Source of the DNA: Candidatus Hydrogenedentota bacterium
GTDB lineage: Bacteria > Hydrogenedentota > Hydrogenedentia > Hydrogenedentales > SLHB01
Direction: 5' to 3'
DNA: 64,000 nucleotides
NCBI GenBank assembly: GCA_963674865.2
Contig: CAXXYE010000009.1
Span: 480,001 to 544,000, forward strand
The notes below the pieces were generated by a model, which made no database searches, was not told the origin of the DNA, and was given only the letters and a program-made list of their open reading frames with translations. Below, in pieces: positions 59,430 through 64,000 of the stretch. Each line of letters begins with the position of its first letter. Position 1 is the first letter of the stretch. A program made the translations under genes and the position numbers.

Positions 59430-59625
59430 AGGGGCGAGAGCCCGAGCCCGCGGCCCCAAGGCGATTCGCCTCTTCCCGCTCAATAGAGATCGCCCAAGGA
59501 CTGGGCAAGGCCCTGTCCCTTAGAACACCTGTTGCAGGTTCAGTGAATTCCCCGCATTCCGCCGGACACGGTAGTGTCGGAGGCTTGGCCGGCCAACGAG
59601 GGACACGAGCGCAGCTACGCTCTGC
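59430..59625 (-). ncRNA. Candidate structured RNA upstream of carA (6S-like or cis-regulatory leader)
   Basis: It starts just after a TATAAT promoter. Helices include GCUC(G)UGUCCCU/AGGGACAGGGC, GACAC/GUGUC, CCUG/CAGG and GGCGAU/AUCGCC. The motif order AAGCC..AUUCAC-UGAACC..GUUC.AAGGG is reminiscent of 6S RNA. Confidence 0.4.
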
Positions 59626-59631
59626 ATGCGC

Positions 59632-59661
59632 ATTATATGCGACGGCTGGAGGAAGGAGCAA
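59632..59661 (-). promoter_or_regulatory. Sigma70 promoter for the structured RNA / carA
   Basis: Minus strand TTGCTC-N18-TATAAT. Confidence 0.5.
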
Positions 59662-59918
59662 TGCGCCGGTCCGGGTGCGATACATTGCGCCAATCCGGAC
59701 GATTAGGAACAGGACTCTTGTCACTCAACCTAGGGCCCCATTCGCCCCTGGAAAGAGCGCGATGGGTAAATAAAGGAAGGCCTCAAGACAAACTCGCGTC
59801 AAGGGCCTGCCTTTGGAGTACCTCGCAGTCTTCTCGATATCCCATCATCAACAAGCCCGTCTCTATCGAAGAGAAGGAGAGAGAAATGGGCCAGAGACAA
59901 CTACAAGCGAGGCATTCG

Positions 59919-59951
59919 GGCGAAGTGCTTGCGCGAAGCAAGTACTTCGCC
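59919..59951 (-). terminator. Strong hairpin downstream of small peptide 3
   Basis: GGCGAAGTGCTTGC / GCAAGTACTTCGCC inverted repeat, nested inside GAGGCAT/ATGCCTC. No clear U-tract, so the terminator role is uncertain. Confidence 0.45.
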
Positions 59952-59989
59952 ACTGGCAAGGAAACAGGAGATGCCTCAAGCGGCCTGAG

Positions 59990-60142
59990 TCACTCCGCCT
60001 TGCCAAACAACTCCGACAAGTCGAAGCCGAAAAGGCCCTCAAGCTGAGTAATGACGGCGATCACCTGGATGATCACGTCGAGCACCTGGTCCACATAGAC
60101 AGCCTGGGCCGGCCTACTCTTTGTCAGCGGGCGTGCATGCAC
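59990..60142 (-). CDS. Small peptide 3 (50 aa)
   Basis: SD GGAGG then GTG: MHARPLTKSRPAQAVYVDQVLDVIIQVIAVITQLEGLFGFDLSELFGKAE*. Confidence 0.7.
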   Translation of the reverse strand: MHARPLTKSRPAQAVYVDQVLDVIIQVIAVITQLEGLFGFDLSELFGKAE

Positions 60143-60235
60143 GGAAATACCCTCCAAACCTGAAATCCACGGTGGCTATGCGGGTGGACATTTCGACAAA
60201 TGATAAAGGAAACGAGACGGAACCACCCTTTTCTC

Positions 60236-60284
60236 GTGGCGCTTGCGATATGAGCTGTCCTACTACTCAGATCGCAAACGCCAC
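60236..60284. repeat. Long inverted repeat between peptides 2 and 3
   Basis: GTGGCGCTTGCGATATGAG...CTCAGATCGCAAACGCCAC forms a stem of about 19 bp. Confidence 0.7.
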
Positions 60285-60395
60285 AAACGTCGAGTGGCCC
60301 GCCCCGTGTCTCTTTCTTCTTCCCGAACCCCCGGCACGCGCTGCGCCGGTTCGTCAGCCACACGGCTGCTCTCGGGCCAAGAAAATGAGGCGATT

Positions 60396-60536
60396 TTACG
60401 CGGCCTCTTTCTCTTCTTTCTCGCCGCCCGTAGCCAGGTCCCAAACATAGTTCCAGGCGTCCGTCAGGGCATCGCAAAGAAGGTCCGACAGACAATCTTC
60501 GACTACGGCTTTGACAGTCATTCTGCGGATGTGCAT
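60396..60536 (-). CDS. Small peptide 2 (46 aa)
   Basis: AGGAGGGAGAAACG-ATG: MHIRRMTVKAVVEDCLSDLLCDALTDAWNYVWDLATGGEKEEKEAA*. Confidence 0.8.
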   Translation of the reverse strand: MHIRRMTVKAVVEDCLSDLLCDALTDAWNYVWDLATGGEKEEKEAA

Positions 60537-60722
60537 CGTTTCTCCCTCCTGTTATACCATTAACCGGCTCTCTCGCTAGAGCCTTCAACGCTGATACGCG
60601 CCGAAAACCACTAAACGAAGAGATACCTTACTGCTCGGGCCACAAACCACGGCCCAAGTACACGCTTCTGCATCTACGCCAAGGACAGCCCTCAGGCTTC
60701 CCTGGAGCGACCGAATCGGGGT

Positions 60723-60845
60723 TTAGTCGCCCTCGACGAGGCCCTTAACGTACGCGTAAATGTCGTTGACGATCGTGCACAGCAACTGCTCAAGGCAAGT
60801 GCCGTCACAAGTAGCCTTCTTCAAACTGATCTGACGAATGTGCAT
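60723..60845 (-). CDS. Small peptide 1 (40 aa)
   Basis: AAGGAGGGAGAAAGA-ATG: MHIRQISLKKATCDGTCLEQLLCTIVNDIYAYVKGLVEGD*. Confidence 0.8.
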   Translation of the reverse strand: MHIRQISLKKATCDGTCLEQLLCTIVNDIYAYVKGLVEGD

Positions 60846-60925
60846 TCTTTCTCCCTCCTTTGCATCAAAGATATTCGACTCTCCTTCACCGCAGAAAGGC
60901 ATACTTAGCCTCTACGGTATGCCGA

Positions 60926-60954
60926 ATTATACAAAACCGAATTCCAAAATGCAA
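60926..60954 (-). promoter_or_regulatory. Sigma70 promoter of the small-peptide cluster
   Basis: Minus strand TTGCAT-N17-TATAAT, 80 nt upstream of peptide 1. It is followed by a 5' hairpin GGCATAC/GTATGCC. Confidence 0.7.
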
Positions 60955-61231
60955 GTCCTTTGTATCGTTCCTTTTATGGCAAGTTCCGGGGGAAGGAGAG
61001 GCCGGACGGAGCGATTCATCCGCGTGCGCGCGCCGCAAGAGAGGCTTTCCGGCGCGCGTGGGGGCGGTCAAAACGCGCCATTCCGACGCTACCCCATATG
61101 TTGTTATCTCGGTTGCGCGGCATCAATATATTCGACTCAGTTCAACATCGCCACGGAAATCTTGTCACTTTTGTTGACAATTAACCTCGGACCTTGCCTG
61201 AAAGGCCAACGACCATGTATGCTATGCGCCC

Positions 61232-61780
61232 ATGGGCAAGAAGACGGTACGATTCGCCTGCCATCATTGTCTTCATTGTTGCACGGATGTGGTCTGCCTG
61301 CCCACGCCCTGGGATGTGATCCGGATTGTCCGCGAGACACGTGAACGCCCCAAAGACTTCCTTGAGTTTCTCACGGCAGACGAGATCAGCGGCGTGGCCA
61401 AGTCCGACCCAACGTGGTTGAAGTGTAACGGCACGCGATACATTATGGCGCTCCGCCGCGGCAAGAAGGGCTGCTACTTTCTTTCCAGGAAACACGCCAG
61501 ATGCAAGATCTATGAAGCCAGGCCGATCCTCTGCCGCTTGTATCCCTTTAAGCTGCACGAGACACGGAGCGGGAAGTTCAAGGGATTCAGTCTTCACACG
61601 GATGTCGAATGCCCGCGTCATCGGAACGGCGTGGTGCCCACGGCTCCCCTATACACCCTCTACCTCGACGACAAGACACACCAAGAGGATTACGAGGATC
61701 TTGTGCGCGTCTTTAACGCACGACGTTCAAGTGATAAGCGTCCCAAGGATTTCATTAAACTCTTTGTTAAGGGGCGATAG
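61232..61780 (+). CDS. YkgJ-family CxxCxxCC cysteine-cluster protein
   Basis: FACHHCLHCC, CYFL....CKIYEARPILCRLYPF and CP. Confidence 0.88.
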   Translation: MGKKTVRFACHHCLHCCTDVVCLPTPWDVIRIVRETRERPKDFLEFLTADEISGVAKSDPTWLKCNGTRYIMALRRGKKGCYFLSRKHARCKIYEARPILCRLYPFKLHETRSGKFKGFSLHTDVECPRHRNGVVPTAPLYTLYLDDKTHQEDYEDLVRVFNARRSSDKRPKDFIKLFVKGR

Positions 61781-61786
61781 GCATCT

Positions 61787-63067
61787 GTGGATTTATCTAT
61801 AGCACTAATTGATTGTCCGCCGGCCCGGGTTGCCGCAGTCGTTGAGGCCATTACGCCGAGACTTGCCGAATGTGGGGCAACGGCCGAGTTCCTTGTGTTT
61901 GGGGAGCCTTCAGAGCCCGTTGACAGCGGCGTCTCACCACCTTATCCAGTCCACTTCATCCATTCGGAAGGCCCGGGCTACGCGGCGCAATTGAAGGCTG
62001 CCCGGCAATCCTGCGCGGGAAGGTGGCTTATCACCCTCGATTCGCCAAGTCCGGACGACGCGATGCTTGTCTTCGCGTTCTGGCATCAGCGCGAGGCCGC
62101 GGCTCTGTTGATTGCCTCACGGTATGCTCGCGGCGGATCGTACCAGATGCCTTGGCGACGGGCGCTGTTGAGCCGGAGCCTGAACTGGTTGTACCGCGTG
62201 GGTCTCTCGGTGGACGTGTGTGATCTGTCCAGCGCAAACCGCATGTACCGCGCCGACTTGCTCAGGCGCGTGGCTCTCGAAGGACGCGGATATGATGTGC
62301 TCATGGAGGCCTTGCTGAAGGTCATGGCGCTGGGCGGCCGCGTCAAAGAAGTCCCGTGGCATTACGCATCGAGCAACAAGCGCCGCGCGCCTCGATCTAC
62401 GACGGCCCGCCTCATTCGCGATAGCGCGGCCACTTTCTGGCGGATGCACGCTCTGCGCAATAGCGTCGACTTCCCCGACTACGACTTTCGCGCCTTTGAC
62501 AGCCGGATCTGGTTTCAGCGCTATTGGCAGCGCAAGCGATTCTATATCATACGCGATCTCTCGCCGGGCGACGGACGTCTCCTCGACGCGGGATGCGGCA
62601 CAAGCCGGATCATCACGACCCATCCCGAGGCATACGCGCTGGATATCACCTTCAGTAGACTTGCCTTTCTCAAGGAGACGAATCCGCGTCGCCTCCAGGC
62701 CACGGCGGGAGCGCTGCCCTTCCCGGACGAGGCCTTTGATACCGTCATCTCATCCGAGGTCATCGAGCACACGCCCGAGCGCACCTGCCTGTTGGAGGCC
62801 GTTCGTGTCTTGCGGAGCGGCGGCATCCTGGTCGTGGGCACTCCGGACTACGGAAGGCTTTGGTGGCCTGTTATCGAGAAGATCTACGGATGGGTCAAGC
62901 GCGGCGGCTACGCCGACGAACACATCACGCACTACACGTGCGAGTCGTTGACACAAGAGTTGAAAGCGCTGGGATGCGAGGTCGAGGCGGTCCGCTACAT
63001 CTGCGGCGCGGAAATGATCATCCGCGCAAGGAAAGGGACTGCCGCGTCAAACGCGGACGAAACCTGA
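61787..63067 (+). CDS. GT2 (Dol-P-Man synthase-like) domain fused to a class I SAM methyltransferase
   Basis: GPGYAA, ASRY..GG, DLSS..RMY and EVP in the N-half. LLDAGCG, ALPFPDEAFD.V..SEVIEH and RVLRSGG in the C-half. Confidence 0.8.
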   Translation: MDLSIALIDCPPARVAAVVEAITPRLAECGATAEFLVFGEPSEPVDSGVSPPYPVHFIHSEGPGYAAQLKAARQSCAGRWLITLDSPSPDDAMLVFAFWHQREAAALLIASRYARGGSYQMPWRRALLSRSLNWLYRVGLSVDVCDLSSANRMYRADLLRRVALEGRGYDVLMEALLKVMALGGRVKEVPWHYASSNKRRAPRSTTARLIRDSAATFWRMHALRNSVDFPDYDFRAFDSRIWFQRYWQRKRFYIIRDLSPGDGRLLDAGCGTSRIITTHPEAYALDITFSRLAFLKETNPRRLQATAGALPFPDEAFDTVISSEVIEHTPERTCLLEAVRVLRSGGILVVGTPDYGRLWWPVIEKIYGWVKRGGYADEHITHYTCESLTQELKALGCEVEAVRYICGAEMIIRARKGTAASNADET

Positions 63068-63149
63068 CGCGTCAGCCGGGCCTTGCGGCGCCGCTAGCGG
63101 CTCTTGCACCGATTTTGACGGGGAGGCCATTTTCTGTGGGATCGCATCT

Positions 63150-63755
63150 ATGAATAAAACCGGGGGAAAGGTGTACTCATCCAACAGAGCTATGGACGCA
63201 GCAACTTTGGATGAAGCCGCCGTTGTTTTGGAGGCGCGTCAGGGAAGCCGGGAGGCTTTTGGCGCGCTGGTAAAGGCTTACCAGCGCCGGGCGTACGCCA
63301 TTGCGTTCACCTTCGTGCGCAACCGCGAGGACGCCCTGGAGTTGGCCCAGGAGTCCTTCGCCAGGGCGTACAAGGCCATGCACCGGTTCGACGCCAGACG
63401 GCCCTTCTATCCTTGGTTGTACCGCATCATCAAGAACACCTGTTTGAACCATTTGAAACGCAAGCGAAGGCACGGCGAGATCTCGCTCGAAGGATTGCAG
63501 GCGGCAGGCTACGATCCCGCCGACGACACTATCGGGCCGGAACGGGCCGCGGCCCTCACCGATCTCCAGCGGGCTATCGCCCACGCCATGGAGCGTTTGC
63601 GTCCGGAACACCGGGAGATTCTCATGCTGCGGCACTTCGAGGAGTTGTCGTACGCCGAGATCGCCGCGTGTCTCGATATTCCCGAAGGGACCGTTATGTC
63701 GCGGCTTCACGCCGCACGGCGGAGTCTCCGCATGGAACTCGAGGGCGACGTATGA
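63150..63755 (+). CDS. ECF RNA polymerase sigma factor
   Basis: AF..LV..YQ, DA.ELAQE.F, FYPWLYRI..N, LSYAEIA..L.IP.GTVMSRLH.AR. The start may be 63192. Confidence 0.93.
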   Translation: MNKTGGKVYSSNRAMDAATLDEAAVVLEARQGSREAFGALVKAYQRRAYAIAFTFVRNREDALELAQESFARAYKAMHRFDARRPFYPWLYRIIKNTCLNHLKRKRRHGEISLEGLQAAGYDPADDTIGPERAAALTDLQRAIAHAMERLRPEHREILMLRHFEELSYAEIAACLDIPEGTVMSRLHAARRSLRMELEGDV

Positions 63756-63839
63756 AGACGCTCCCCCGAGTGCGGCATACATCGGCCAAAGCATTGGGAG
63801 GCGGAAAGGCCCGCCGCGAAACCCAAACGGATGGTTGTT

Positions 63840-64000
63840 ATGCGTGAATCATGTGAGACGATCCAAACCTTGATCTCCGGTTGCCTGGACGGGGAACTCA
63901 GTCCAGGCGATCAGGCCAGACTCGAGGAGCATCTCGCCTCCTGCGAGGTCTGCCGCAAGGAGTTCGAGCGAATGAAAACCCTTGTCGCAGCCACAGATGA
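63840..64000 (+). CDS. Zinc-binding anti-sigma factor (zf-HC2), partial
   Basis: MRESCETIQTLISGCLDGELSPGDQARLEEHLASCEVC (HxxxCxxC), directly after the ECF sigma. It runs off the window end. Confidence 0.88.
   Translation, partial: MRESCETIQTLISGCLDGELSPGDQARLEEHLASCEVCRKEFERMKTLVAATD

Noticed and set aside
59784..59849. 21-aa minus-strand ORF MMGYREDCEVLQRQALDASLS as a fourth peptide
   Set aside because: It has no convincing SD and no shared leader.
59574..60588. ORF-track calls 59574-60047(+), 59813-60163(+), 60121-60450(+), 60243-60563(+) and 60124-60588(-)
   Set aside because: They lack SD sites at the listed starts, have non-protein-like composition and run through hairpins. The three short SD-led minus-strand ORFs explain the region better.
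1..64000. CRISPR arrays, tRNA/rRNA genes, transposases or integrases
   Set aside because: No regularly spaced repeats, cloverleaf or rRNA signatures, or recombinase motifs were recognised by eye. A tool scan was not possible.

Overview
GC-rich bacterial window (roughly 60-65% GC by eye) from a diderm anaerobe. The gene set (skp-lpxD-lpxC/fabZ, [FeFe]-hydrogenases, many glycosidase-like and sulfatase-like proteins, Ser/Thr kinases) would fit Candidatus Hydrogenedentes or a similar lineage; this is inference only. The well-supported parts are housekeeping and catabolic genes: lipid A genes, split carA/carB, a sugar ABC transporter with GH32/GH28, CstA, a DAACS symporter and an ECF sigma/anti-sigma pair. 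A Rex-controlled operon (consensus sigma70 promoter plus Rex box) encodes a trimeric HydABC-type [FeFe]-hydrogenase. It is followed by a HydS-like sensory hydrogenase fused to a histidine kinase, a stand-alone receiver and a REC-kinase hybrid, which together suggest an H2-sensing phosphorelay. The most novel signal is in the apparently empty stretch 59.4-61.2 kb. The minus strand there carries three tandem 40-50 aa peptide genes that the ORF track missed. They have strong Shine-Dalgarno sites, a shared MH(I/A)R...A basic leader and an amphipathic core (two with CLxxLLC), and they sit behind a sigma70 promoter with long hairpins between them. Next to them are a divergent CxxCxxCC (YkgJ-like) gene and a structured RNA upstream of carA. 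No rRNA, tRNA, CRISPR array or transposase was recognised.
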